Source: a virus (taxonomy: Duplodnaviria > Caudoviricetes). Taken from it: 44,471 nt of DNA. The position numbers and the translations under genes were made by a program. The stretch covers positions 1 through 44,471 of the IMG/VR virus record IMGVR_UViG_3300037762_000489; one strand, 5' to 3'. A model generated the notes under the pieces. It had not been told where the DNA came from. It worked only from the letters and a program-made list of their open reading frames with translations, and did no database searches. Shown here one piece after another: positions 25,244-34,157 of this stretch. Positions within the stretch are counted from its first letter, which is position 1; each line of letters opens with the position of its first letter.

Positions 25244-26350
25244 TTACGTGATGACCGGCGTGGCGTAGTCTCCAGAGGCGTCGATCTCTACCGCAACACC
25301 GTTGGTGCGATCATCGCCGATGCCGACGCCATAGAAGAAGGCGACGACGGCAAACTGCTCAGGCATACTGGCCCACACTCCAGGCACGATCTTGTAACCA
25401 AAACCGAACTGAGGGTGTGCCCGCAGCCGGACCGGATTGCGCGGGTCCAGCGTCCCATAGCTCTTGTAGACGCCGAAGTAGGTCGTCGGGATGCGGGTCG
25501 TGGTCCGCAGCCGCGCCAGACCCTTGCGGGTTTCGATGTAGCCCTCGTAGAGGCCCACGTTCTCAATCATGGCCCGCTCAGTGGCGGAAGATTGGTAGGC
25601 GATGTCACGCCAGAGCGGGGGCTTGAAGCCGGTGAAGGAGGCCGTTGCGGTCCAGGTCGCGATATCAGCCTCGGACCCCCGGATTTCAAAGGGGGCCATA
25701 TGGTCGTGCTCTGCCAGGTGATCGACTGCGCTTTCAAGCGCTGCCTGGGCGAGCGGAGTCAGGCGCAGGAAGTGATCATGGCTGGAGGCGAATTCCTCGC
25801 CGTCTGAACTGGTGCGGGGCACGTAGTTGGCATCAGCCACCCCGCCGTCAGCCAGCGGCACAGAGGCCCCGGTGGTGACGCCGACCAGTTCCGCTTCCAT
25901 CCGGAAGAAACGCTGGTAAACGCGCTGAACAAAGTCGTTACGGAGGTCGTTGATGCTGTTTGAGATCGTGGCATCAATCGTCATCCGCCGCGCTTCCATC
26001 AGCCCCATGTAAGACCAGGCCAGGCCGAGGCCTCGCCTGTTCATGGGCAGGCTGTGTCCGGTCACCTTGCCCCGCTGGGCATCAGGACGGCTGAACTCAG
26101 TCAGTTCCTGTACCCCGCGAGTAGTGCCAACGCCGTATTCAACTTCAACATCATCCTGCACGGCGATCATCCCGGCGATCTCAGGATCGGCGATCAGGTC
26201 CTGGTTGAGCAGGCTGAGGGCATCGTTGATGTCCATCAGGACATCATCAAAGCTGCTGCCGTCGGCCAGCTTGACCTTCTTCATTTCCGCCAGGTCCCAC
26301 AGCGCCGGAAGCTGGTTATCAATCAGGGAATGTGGTCCCAATATAGGCAT
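25244..26350 (-). CDS. Major capsid protein
   Basis: 368 aa, after scaffold and decoration genes, strong RBS, followed by a hairpin. Confidence 0.8.
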   Translation of the reverse strand: MPILGPHSLIDNQLPALWDLAEMKKVKLADGSSFDDVLMDINDALSLLNQDLIADPEIAGMIAVQDDVEVEYGVGTTRGVQELTEFSRPDAQRGKVTGHSLPMNRRGLGLAWSYMGLMEARRMTIDATISNSINDLRNDFVQRVYQRFFRMEAELVGVTTGASVPLADGGVADANYVPRTSSDGEEFASSHDHFLRLTPLAQAALESAVDHLAEHDHMAPFEIRGSEADIATWTATASFTGFKPPLWRDIAYQSSATERAMIENVGLYEGYIETRKGLARLRTTTRIPTTYFGVYKSYGTLDPRNPVRLRAHPQFGFGYKIVPGVWASMPEQFAVVAFFYGVGIGDDRTNGVAVEIDASGDYATPVIT

Positions 26351-26408
26351 ATCAGTGTTCTCCTTGTTTGCCTGGACCGGCCTTAAGCCGCCAGGTCAGT
26401 TCTCTTGG

Positions 26409-26840
26409 CTACTGGGCTGCCAGGTCAGGCGACCAGCATTCCACCCGGACGGTAGTCGCGGACAAAGCCCGCATGATAATCCAGAGGAAGTCTGCGCTGG
26501 CCCCTGCCGGTGCAGTGTCTTCGATGGCCCCGGCAGTGGTGCTGGCGTAATACAGCGCGCCAGGCGTCAACCCGGAATAGCCTGTGACAATCGCCCCGGC
26601 TCCGGCAACATCGACCTTGTTGCCCGCCACAAAGGTGGTGGCCCCGTTGGGGGCGGAAACGACGATCCCGACGGCCTGCGCGGAACCTGCCGCGTCCGCA
26701 TCAGCCACTTCAACATCGCCATCGCTGGCGATGTACACCGGGTCTCCCAGGCTGCCAGCGCCTCCGGCAGTGAAGGGCCGGGTGAAATCGGGGCCGTTCA
26801 ATGGACGGATATTTGCAGGTACAACAGTTACTGCGGTCAT
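26409..26840 (-). CDS. Capsid decoration or cement protein
   Basis: GDPVYI...ADAD...AVGIV...GLTPGALYYAS.TAGAI pattern. Confidence 0.7.
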   Translation of the reverse strand: MTAVTVVPANIRPLNGPDFTRPFTAGGAGSLGDPVYIASDGDVEVADADAAGSAQAVGIVVSAPNGATTFVAGNKVDVAGAGAIVTGYSGLTPGALYYASTTAGAIEDTAPAGASADFLWIIMRALSATTVRVECWSPDLAAQ

Positions 26841-27568
26841 GGAGTCCTCCCTATTCGGTAGCGCCGCCGGAGGTTGTCCTCACGGTCCGTATCTTTGCCC
26901 TGGCCGCCCTCAGTGGAGCCGCCCCTGGCATTGGTATCCGGCGCGCTGCCTGTTGCATCGATAAGATATGGTTTGCGCTTCTTCAGGTCCTCAAGCTGCT
27001 CTTTGACCCCGCTCACCTTGCCGTCCTCGTCGATCTCGACCTTCTTCAGGTCCAGCATGGTCCAGGCGTCTTCCGGGTCGCGGAACTTCATATCCCGCGC
27101 TGCCCGCTCCATCTCGGATTTGATGAGCATCAGCCGATTCTGTTGAGCCAGAGTCTCGGTCTGCGTTTTGAGCGTCTCGATGGTCTCATTGGCCTTGTCC
27201 AGGTCGGTCTTCTGGGCCTCTTCAGCAGTTTTCTGAGCCTTTACCAGGCCCTCAAGCTCCTTGAGGTCCTTGACGCCCAGCTTTTCAAGCATCGTGTTGC
27301 GCTCGGCCTGTTTGGCTCTGGTCCGCTCGCTGGCAAAGAGGTCATCCAATTCCTTCTGAGAGAAGGTCCTGTCTGTCTCCTTCTTTTTGCCACCTCCTAT
27401 GCCGTCACCTTGACGGCCCTCTTCTCCCTGTTTACCGCCAGGGGGGGCGTCCGTTGAGTCAGGGTCGCCAGCAGCGGAGTCACCGCCAGTACCAGCGCCA
27501 TTGCCGCCGCCTTCATCCTTGTCGAAGACGGCAAAACCTGCTGTAAGAAGTCGCCAAATCAAAAACAT
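26837..27568 (-). CDS. Capsid scaffolding protein
   Basis: TFSQKELDDL...coiled coil...LKKRKPYL. Confidence 0.85.
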   Translation of the reverse strand: MFLIWRLLTAGFAVFDKDEGGGNGAGTGGDSAAGDPDSTDAPPGGKQGEEGRQGDGIGGGKKKETDRTFSQKELDDLFASERTRAKQAERNTMLEKLGVKDLKELEGLVKAQKTAEEAQKTDLDKANETIETLKTQTETLAQQNRLMLIKSEMERAARDMKFRDPEDAWTMLDLKKVEIDEDGKVSGVKEQLEDLKKRKPYLIDATGSAPDTNARGGSTEGGQGKDTDREDNLRRRYRIGRTP

Positions 27569-27617
27569 TACTTAATCCTCCTCGCGATTAACCGCTCGCG
27601 GCGCGTCCAGGTGAGGA

Positions 27618-28283
27618 TCACAATCGACCGGGCCGGTACGGTCCTTCTGCTGCCAGCCTCGGACAATCTTTACAGTTTTTCTCTTTGCCAAGCACCCAGT
27701 GAATGCCGTCAGCATGTGTTTCTAGCTGGCATCCACAGTTGCCATGACATTTAGTGCGCCCATCCCTGGGGACCTGGTTGAGGGCAGGCAGCGCGGCCCA
27801 TCCGGGCCGGTCCTGCACTCGTCCCCACTCCTTCCAGTACGCCTGCTCAACTGCATTGCCGTACTGGTTGGCTCGGCTGATGGCGCTTCCCAGCGGGACC
27901 TCACCGCGAGTGATTCCCTCGGCGAAGCGCTGGAGATGGCGGAATTCATCCGCCAGGTTGCCGCCGATTCGCCCCCATTCAATGGAGGTCATCTTCTGAC
28001 GGCCTCCTCTGGCGATCATGGCGGCATTGATATGCCGTTCTTTGATTTCAGTGGCGATGGCGACCTGCCAGTCCTCAAGGCTGATCGATCCGTCGTACAA
28101 CTGCCGGGTCAGGGCCTCCAGGGTCGATCTTCCGGCATCCGTATGCCGGGCTAACTCGGCCAGGACTTCGCTGTCGGGGACCTGCTCCCCGCCAGCCGTC
28201 CGCCACTGCTTACTCAGGTTATTAAAGAGCCGCCGGGCCAGGCCGGTTACATTGAAGGCCATCAGCCGAGCGCGCCTTTCCAT
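27618..28283 (-). CDS. Minor head (morphogenesis) protein
   Basis: PRDGRTKCHGNCGC and CKDC motifs; between portal and scaffold; start may be 28262. Confidence 0.65.
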   Translation of the reverse strand: MERRARLMAFNVTGLARRLFNNLSKQWRTAGGEQVPDSEVLAELARHTDAGRSTLEALTRQLYDGSISLEDWQVAIATEIKERHINAAMIARGGRQKMTSIEWGRIGGNLADEFRHLQRFAEGITRGEVPLGSAISRANQYGNAVEQAYWKEWGRVQDRPGWAALPALNQVPRDGRTKCHGNCGCQLETHADGIHWVLGKEKNCKDCPRLAAEGPYRPGRL

Positions 28284-28465
28284 TCCAGGCTGGCATCCCG
28301 ATCCCAGGCCAGGATAGCCGCCTCAATATCCTCGGCGTCGATCTCTGCCAGCGCCAGCAGGTCGTCCAGGGCCAATGGCTCTCCCAGGGTAGGGGGAGCC
28401 GGGGTGTCCTGGCTGTCGCTATCGTCAGGCGGCTGCTGCTGCCGGTTGACCAATCCCATTCCCAT
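28262..28465 (-). CDS. Small hypothetical protein
   Basis: Acidic helix LAEIDAEDIEAAILAWD; fills the gap after the portal. Confidence 0.5.
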   Translation of the reverse strand: MGMGLVNRQQQPPDDSDSQDTPAPPTLGEPLALDDLLALAEIDAEDIEAAILAWDRDASLEWKGALG

Positions 28466-29966
28466 TCAGGGATGCTCCTTGCTGCTGGAACTGCTGGTTC
28501 TGAGTTCGTGCTGCTGCCCTGAGATCGTCAGCCCGCTGGCGCAGCTTCTGTCGCTTAAAGCGGTCACGGTGTTGTTTGTCGTAGCCCATTTCAGTCCAGA
28601 GAGTCTCATCATCCACACCCAGGCCCTTCTTGGTTTCCTGGCCTTCCAGGAAGGTCTTTTCGTCTCGGATTGCGGCGTCCTCCCAGACGGTGTTGATCTG
28701 CGTCTCGGTATCCATACTCATCCCACCAAAGACCGCCCCCATCCGCAGGCTGAGGATCATCAGGTCCTCCCAGCCATTGCCAAACAGGGTCATATTCTCC
28801 CGGACGCGGCCCAGCAGCGGGGCATCCTGCTGCTTGAGGGTCTCCGCCCCGGCGATCTGGCGGGTGGTGTTAAATCGGGAGAGCGGCGTCCGGGTCATGC
28901 TGGCGATCCGCAGCACGATGCGCTCTTCGAGTTCGAGCAGAGGAGTAAGCGGAGCCGGGTCTATCACCTCGACGCCCGCCTTATCCTTCTCTTTCGGTGT
29001 GCCGATGATCTGCCCCGGCGCACTCTTTAACAGGTTGCTCCCGTCGGCTTTTGGCTCCTTGCCGTCGGTCGTCGGCATCCATCCCAGCATAATCAGGGAG
29101 CGAAATGCGCCCGTATCGGCCCCGGCAATCAGGTCCAGCCAGGCTTTATTCAGGAGGTCCTGGAGGGGGATGGCATCTCGCAGGATCGATTTCAGCGACG
29201 GGGCTTTCAGGTGAGCGACCGGTATGCCGATGGGCGATCCGTCTGGCATCAGCCAGGGGATCGGCCAGACATCGCCGTCGCCTTTGTCCATGTGCCGTTT
29301 CCACCGTCTGTCATCCCGGATGAACTTTTCGATCCGGTCCGGGTAATAAACCGTCCTGCGGGCCACCTTATTGCCTTTTTCGTCTTTCTCTTCCCACTCT
29401 TTGACGGCATATTCGGGGGGTTGCAGGTAATCGTTATTAGGATAATTCATCCACACCCCGTACCCCGTACCGCCCTTGACGGTTGGGGCGGTGTAGCGGG
29501 GATGGAGCACCCAATCAGGCCGGCCCTTTTGGTTGTCCCAGGCAATCAGGACGAAGGCTTCACCGTCTCGCAGCGCCCAGCGATGGGCTTCGGTCTGGAC
29601 GGCATCCATTCGATTTAACTGCCACCACTTCCACAGCCGTCCTGAGACGGTCTTCTCCGAGTCCTCTTCTTCCCTCTCATCGGATACATCAAAGCCGATC
29701 ACCTGAAGCCGCTCGACAGCGGCGTCAATTACGGTGGGGCAGTGATTGACGTTGAACTGCGTATCCGAACCGTGCAGTTCCAGGAACTTTTTCTGCCGGT
29801 CGGTCAGCTTGACCTCGTGATCGCCGTCGTAATAACGCCGGGCCAGGATCACCTTACTCTGGCTTTTGCGTTCGTCCTGGCTAACCAGCATGCCGGTCTG
29901 CCCTTCCTGTAACCAGGTCCAGACTCGTTCCCGTGCCCAGTTGTTCACTTGGTCTAATAGGCTCAT
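28425..29966 (-). CDS. Portal protein (SPP1 gp6-like)
   Basis: RRYYDGDH, NHCPTVIDAAVERL, ALRDGEAF, IPLQDLLN, AGAETLK, FGNGWE. Confidence 0.9.
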   Translation of the reverse strand: MSLLDQVNNWARERVWTWLQEGQTGMLVSQDERKSQSKVILARRYYDGDHEVKLTDRQKKFLELHGSDTQFNVNHCPTVIDAAVERLQVIGFDVSDEREEEDSEKTVSGRLWKWWQLNRMDAVQTEAHRWALRDGEAFVLIAWDNQKGRPDWVLHPRYTAPTVKGGTGYGVWMNYPNNDYLQPPEYAVKEWEEKDEKGNKVARRTVYYPDRIEKFIRDDRRWKRHMDKGDGDVWPIPWLMPDGSPIGIPVAHLKAPSLKSILRDAIPLQDLLNKAWLDLIAGADTGAFRSLIMLGWMPTTDGKEPKADGSNLLKSAPGQIIGTPKEKDKAGVEVIDPAPLTPLLELEERIVLRIASMTRTPLSRFNTTRQIAGAETLKQQDAPLLGRVRENMTLFGNGWEDLMILSLRMGAVFGGMSMDTETQINTVWEDAAIRDEKTFLEGQETKKGLGVDDETLWTEMGYDKQHRDRFKRQKLRQRADDLRAAARTQNQQFQQQGASLNGNGIGQPAAAAA

Positions 29967-29969
29967 TCA

Positions 29970-31409
29970 TTAACTCACCCAGGTCTTGTAGGGGCTGATT
30001 CCCCCGCTGCCTGCCCAGAGCGCCAGCGCCCAGGCCCAGAACTTGTCCGCATGGTGCTTTTCGTTGCGCTCAGTGTCAAAGACGGCGTTCTTGGCTGCCG
30101 TCACCTTCTTCTTGATGCTGTGTATCTGGTAGGCCAGGTCCCGGTGCAGCGGAAGAGGGACAAGGCCGCGTTCAGCCAGCACCCGGGCCTGCACAGCCCA
30201 GACCTCTTTCTTCTCGTTGGTAAAGGTCACCCCGGCGAAGAGTCCCCCGGTTTCCCGGTGCAGGTCCTCCGCTAGGTGGTTGCCCAGGCCGCTTTCATCC
30301 ACCAACCCGCCCGCAAAAGGCAGCCGCTTCGCAATTTCCACAAAACAGCGCTTCTGGTCGTCGTATTCCACCCGATCCAGGCTGACCATGAAGCGCACCG
30401 GAAACTGACCGGTGGTGGTCTTACCGAGCACAATCAGCTCGGTAAGGTTCTTGTGACGGCCCACGTCGATCCCCGCCACCAGGGAGTATTCGATCAGACC
30501 CGCCTGGATGTCTTCCTGGATGAGCGGGATCATCCCCAGCGCCTCATCCACGCTTCTGGCGTGGTAGTGGTGCGGCGGGTTAGCCTGGTTGCGCTTGATC
30601 AGGTCCCAGCTGATCCAGGCGCTCGCCTCATCAACGTAGGCGCATTCATACTCCTGCTGGAAATCCTCGATGAACATGTTCTCGAAGATCTCGATCAGCG
30701 CCGTCGTCCCGAAGCGGTACACCCGGTCGTGGGTCGTCAGGGCGGGCGCGACCTGGTTGGCGGTCGGCACGTCCGTACACAGGGCACGAACCAGCCACCA
30801 ATAAATCACTCGTCGCTGACCGTCGAAGCCCGGCCAGTCCTTGAGCGAGCCGGTATCGATCTCCCAGAACAACCCGCTGCCCCCCGCCGTCGATGAGCCG
30901 AGGCGGATGTAGCCGTCACCTTTAGTCGTGGACGGCAGCGCGGCCAGGTAAATCTGACGGTCCAGGCCCTCTTTGTAGTGGGCCATCTCGTCCAGGTAGA
31001 CTCTCGCTTTCGGCTTCCCTCGCACCGGTGTGCAGGGGTGGGAGATGAACCGTGTGCCGTCAACCAGTTCGATCTCGGTCAGGCTGTCCCTGACGATCTG
31101 AGGGCGGACCGGTTCGTCCATTGCCTCTATGATCGCCTTCGTGTAACGTATTTTCTCTTTGGCTTCGTCCAGGTTGATGCTCACAAATATGTGAGGATTT
31201 CCCGGATAGATAGCGCCATCCGCTACCGCGTCAACAGCGGCGGTGAAGGACCATCCTACCTGGCGGGATTTCCGGTCGAGGCTAAAGCGAGATGAATTGT
31301 TAAGGAGCGCGATTTGAAACCATTCCCAGGTGACTCCTACTGCCGCTGCCGCCTGAGGTAAATCGATAAATTCAGCCGCGAACTGCGCCTTCAGGGTCTT
31401 CAGTATCAT
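29970..31409 (-). CDS. terL: Terminase large subunit (Mu gp28-like motifs)
   Basis: Walker A KSRQVGWS, Walker B VYLDEMAH, FQQEYEC, nuclease GIDVGR and HADKFWA. Confidence 0.92.
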   Translation of the reverse strand: MILKTLKAQFAAEFIDLPQAAAAVGVTWEWFQIALLNNSSRFSLDRKSRQVGWSFTAAVDAVADGAIYPGNPHIFVSINLDEAKEKIRYTKAIIEAMDEPVRPQIVRDSLTEIELVDGTRFISHPCTPVRGKPKARVYLDEMAHYKEGLDRQIYLAALPSTTKGDGYIRLGSSTAGGSGLFWEIDTGSLKDWPGFDGQRRVIYWWLVRALCTDVPTANQVAPALTTHDRVYRFGTTALIEIFENMFIEDFQQEYECAYVDEASAWISWDLIKRNQANPPHHYHARSVDEALGMIPLIQEDIQAGLIEYSLVAGIDVGRHKNLTELIVLGKTTTGQFPVRFMVSLDRVEYDDQKRCFVEIAKRLPFAGGLVDESGLGNHLAEDLHRETGGLFAGVTFTNEKKEVWAVQARVLAERGLVPLPLHRDLAYQIHSIKKKVTAAKNAVFDTERNEKHHADKFWAWALALWAGSGGISPYKTWVS

Positions 31410-31827
31410 CGCTGTAGTCTGTCAGACCCTCGACTTCTGATAGGCGCTTGCTTCGCTCTGACATCCAACTCTTCATGTCAAACAGGGACTTTCCGCCGCT
31501 GGTGATGTCCACTTTATCGGGATATCGGTGCACCTTGAGCAGGAAGATGAGCAACGTATCAGAGTAGTCTTTGTACGTTGCCGTGATCTCGCCCTGATAG
31601 ATAACCGGGTGGTCCACGCCCTCGACGGCCCGCCGCCGCGCCTCGCTTTCAAGCGAGTCACAGGCTTCCTCAAGAGCCTCGTCCCACTCCTCTTTGAAAG
31701 AGTCCGTCTGATTCCGGTGCTTGTAGGCCGTCTTCCGGGCGATGCCTGCTGCCCGGGCCGCTTCACTGACAATGCCAGTCTTACGCAGTTGATCCAGAAA
31801 GACCGGCTTCCATTCACGAACCTTCAT
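31372..31827 (-). CDS. terS: Terminase small subunit
   Basis: HTH VSEAARAAGIARKTAY; LESEARRRAVEG...YSDTLLIFLLK. Confidence 0.88.
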   Translation of the reverse strand: MKVREWKPVFLDQLRKTGIVSEAARAAGIARKTAYKHRNQTDSFKEEWDEALEEACDSLESEARRRAVEGVDHPVIYQGEITATYKDYSDTLLIFLLKVHRYPDKVDITSGGKSLFDMKSWMSERSKRLSEVEGLTDYSDDTEDPEGAVRG

Positions 31828-31865
31828 CAGAGCCTTTTTTTAGTGTTACCCCTGTCACCAGTAAA

Positions 31866-31881
31866 TATGAACCGGTTCATA
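31866..31881. repeat. Palindrome A copy 6, upstream of terS
   Basis: Exact; extends to AAATATGAACCGGTTCATATTT. Confidence 0.95.
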
Positions 31882-31904
31882 TTTGCCGCTGCCCCTGTTC
31901 GACC

Positions 31905-31927
31905 CAAGCGACCTCTGGTCGCCCCTC
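31905..31927 (+). repeat. Motif B copy 2, upstream of terS
   Basis: Exact 23-bp match. Confidence 0.9.
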
Positions 31928-32061
31928 AGCCATTGGATGTTCGGCGGTCCGGACGGCAGCACGGCAAACAAAACCGCTACTTACAGGATAAAGGCTTGCG
32001 AGTCAAGAATGGGACAGATTTTGGGACATCTTTTGCGGAATAGCCTTTTAGTACCAATGAC

Positions 32062-32102
32062 TTGAGTTGTACACTATACAGTGATATAATAAGGTATATC
32101 AC
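32062..32102 (+). promoter_or_regulatory. Promoter of moron 2 with overlapping operator
   Basis: TTGAGT-17 bp-TATAAT with extended -10; GTGATATA-N6-TATATCAC at 32081-32102. Confidence 0.75.
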
Positions 32103-32120
32103 ACTCAAGGAGGCTTTTCG

Positions 32121-33182
32121 ATGAAATTGAACGTGCGCTACACTCAGATTTCCCGCAAGGGCCACATCTCCGATACTGGCATACGGGAAATCGGAGCCTA
32201 CATCAGCAGCCAGCGGCTCGACTCCGAGCAGTGGGCGGCTGTAGCTAACCCATCGGGGCGGAAGTTCCTTCCCGCGCTGCCCACCTCGTGGGAATGGGTC
32301 TGGATGACCAGCGACGGCGAATTCAAGGGTTCCTTCCCGCGCCGGGTATCCAGGTTCTACTACGCTCAGCACAATATCAAGGTTCCCTCGTGGTTTCTCA
32401 GTGAGATCGGCAACATCGCCCGCCGCCATGCCTCAGATGAATATGTATACACTTTTGAGTTTGTAGATGAATTCAACTGGTATGCTGGCGACTTCGGGGA
32501 TGGCGACTCCTGCTATTGGGGAAGCAATGCCGGGGCGCTGGAAATGCTTCGGGACAATGGCAGTCTTGCCGTGCTCTTTTACGACTCGGACGGGGCAGGA
32601 TTTGCCCGCGCATGGCTGGTTGAGATTAACCCACAGGTCAAAGTGATTTTTAACGGTTATGGTTTCCGTTCACACTCTACCCTGACCATTGTTCAGGTGC
32701 TTGCCAGGTTCTTTGCTGTGTCTTACAAGCATATCCGCCTGAATAATTGGGGGACCGGAGCGGGTGTTCTGTTCATCAATGGCGCGGCTGGCTATGTACT
32801 TGGAAAGCCTTCCATCATCGCCAGCATAGAATCACACGATTTCCGCTGGGAAAATGTCCTGATGTACACCTGTTACAATTGTGACGCTACGATTGATGAG
32901 TACGACGTTTTTCATGGCCCGGATGATCAGGACTATTGCAGTGATTGCTACTCTGATCAGTTTTCATCCTGTGATGAATGCGGGGGGGATTACTACAATG
33001 AGGAAGTTCAATACATCAATGGGCGCGACCTTTGCGATTACTGCCGTGAACATCTCCACTCAGAGTGTGAAGCGTGCGAACGGCTGATCAATCACCGCCG
33101 GGAAACAGTCATCCGGCATAAGGGGCGTGTGCTCTGTGAAGAGTGCTACGCCCGACTCAGAGCACACAAAAAGCAGAAATAG
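32121..33182 (+). CDS. Protein with unknown N-terminal domain and tandem CxxC zinc-finger repeats (moron 2)
   Basis: AAGGAGG RBS; CYNC/CSDC, CDEC/CDYC and CEAC/CEEC pairs. Confidence 0.8.
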   Translation: MKLNVRYTQISRKGHISDTGIREIGAYISSQRLDSEQWAAVANPSGRKFLPALPTSWEWVWMTSDGEFKGSFPRRVSRFYYAQHNIKVPSWFLSEIGNIARRHASDEYVYTFEFVDEFNWYAGDFGDGDSCYWGSNAGALEMLRDNGSLAVLFYDSDGAGFARAWLVEINPQVKVIFNGYGFRSHSTLTIVQVLARFFAVSYKHIRLNNWGTGAGVLFINGAAGYVLGKPSIIASIESHDFRWENVLMYTCYNCDATIDEYDVFHGPDDQDYCSDCYSDQFSSCDECGGDYYNEEVQYINGRDLCDYCREHLHSECEACERLINHRRETVIRHKGRVLCEECYARLRAHKKQK

Positions 33183-33264
33183 GGCTAAGGGGTGGGGGTG
33201 TTCGGAGCATCCCCACCCACCCCACCAGACTATAAGCAAAGACGCTGACCAGCGCAAGGAGAAA

Positions 33265-33771
33265 ATGACTATGTATAACGAATTGACAACGACTCAGCCC
33301 ATCGCCGACGCGATCAAGCGTGTCCTGTTGCGCCGTCCGGTTTCCCGGTCTTCGGGTTGGGACGAAAAGCGGCTGGGTACGATCCTGAATAACTTCGAGG
33401 CCACCGGCTGGCATTCAGCAGCTTTTGAGGATGTCATGAGCCGTCATCCAGATATGGGTGATTTCGTTATTGAAGAGGGCGGAAGGGTAGAATTTTTGGC
33501 CTCATCCGGCGACCTGCTCGCCGTCAGAGAGGCCGTCAGTGAAGCGCTGCGGGATTACACCCGCATGATGCTGCCGTCACCTCTTCTGGGAACCAGGGAC
33601 GCCGCCATGTATCTGGGGATCGGCTACGATCAGATGAAAAACTACGCCAGCCGGGAACCTAAGAGGATAGAAGGACAGTTGATCGGGAAGACCCTGGTTT
33701 TTAGCCGGGAGGAGCTTGACCGCTTCGATACCGAGGAGCGCCGAGCCATCGGGAGCCGCAAGGCCGACTGA
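33265..33771 (+). CDS. Protein with C-terminal HTH_17 domain (moron 2 regulator)
   Basis: LLGTRDAAMYLGIGYDQMKNY...IGKTLVFSREELDRF; AAGGAG RBS before 33265. Confidence 0.8.
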   Translation: MTMYNELTTTQPIADAIKRVLLRRPVSRSSGWDEKRLGTILNNFEATGWHSAAFEDVMSRHPDMGDFVIEEGGRVEFLASSGDLLAVREAVSEALRDYTRMMLPSPLLGTRDAAMYLGIGYDQMKNYASREPKRIEGQLIGKTLVFSREELDRFDTEERRAIGSRKAD

Positions 33772-33789
33772 GTGATATCAGCGCACGTT

Positions 33790-33820
33790 AAAAGAGCCGT
33801 CATCTTCGACGGCTCTTTTT
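33790..33820. terminator. Bidirectional intrinsic terminator
   Basis: AAAAGAGCCGTC-atcttc-GACGGCTCTTTT between convergent genes. Confidence 0.85.
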
Positions 33821-34157
33821 ATGCCGCAAGAGGCAAGACCAGTTGGATGGGCCTAATTTGCATTGGCCTCAGCACCGCCCGCCAGCCGAACTTAGGTTTC
33901 CCTTCGTAGCGCTCTACCCAGCCCTGTCTCTCCATCTCCCTAAGCCGCCGGTTATAGGTCCGTTCCGTGGCCAGGGTTCCCGATAGATCCATGATCAACT
34001 GCCGCTTCATATAAACGCCAGGATTGCTGGTCAGGGCCTCCCAGACCGCCGCGTCGAGTCCGTCCATGTCCGGTGGTGCGTGATACTGCACTGCTTTCCC
34101 GTGTGTACAGGGAAAAACAGTCCCACAGGAGGGACACTGTTCAAGGTCAAGTGACAT
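33819..34157 (-). CDS. Zn-knuckle plus wHTH regulator
   Basis: CPSCG; TERTYNRRLREMERQGWVER. Confidence 0.65.
   Translation of the reverse strand: MSLDLEQCPSCGTVFPCTHGKAVQYHAPPDMDGLDAAVWEALTSNPGVYMKRQLIMDLSGTLATERTYNRRLREMERQGWVERYEGKPKFGWRAVLRPMQIRPIQLVLPLAA

Noticed and set aside
10559-31817. Many plus-strand ORFs opposite the structural genes
   Set aside because: Shadow ORFs typical of high-GC DNA, with no RBS or recognisable motifs
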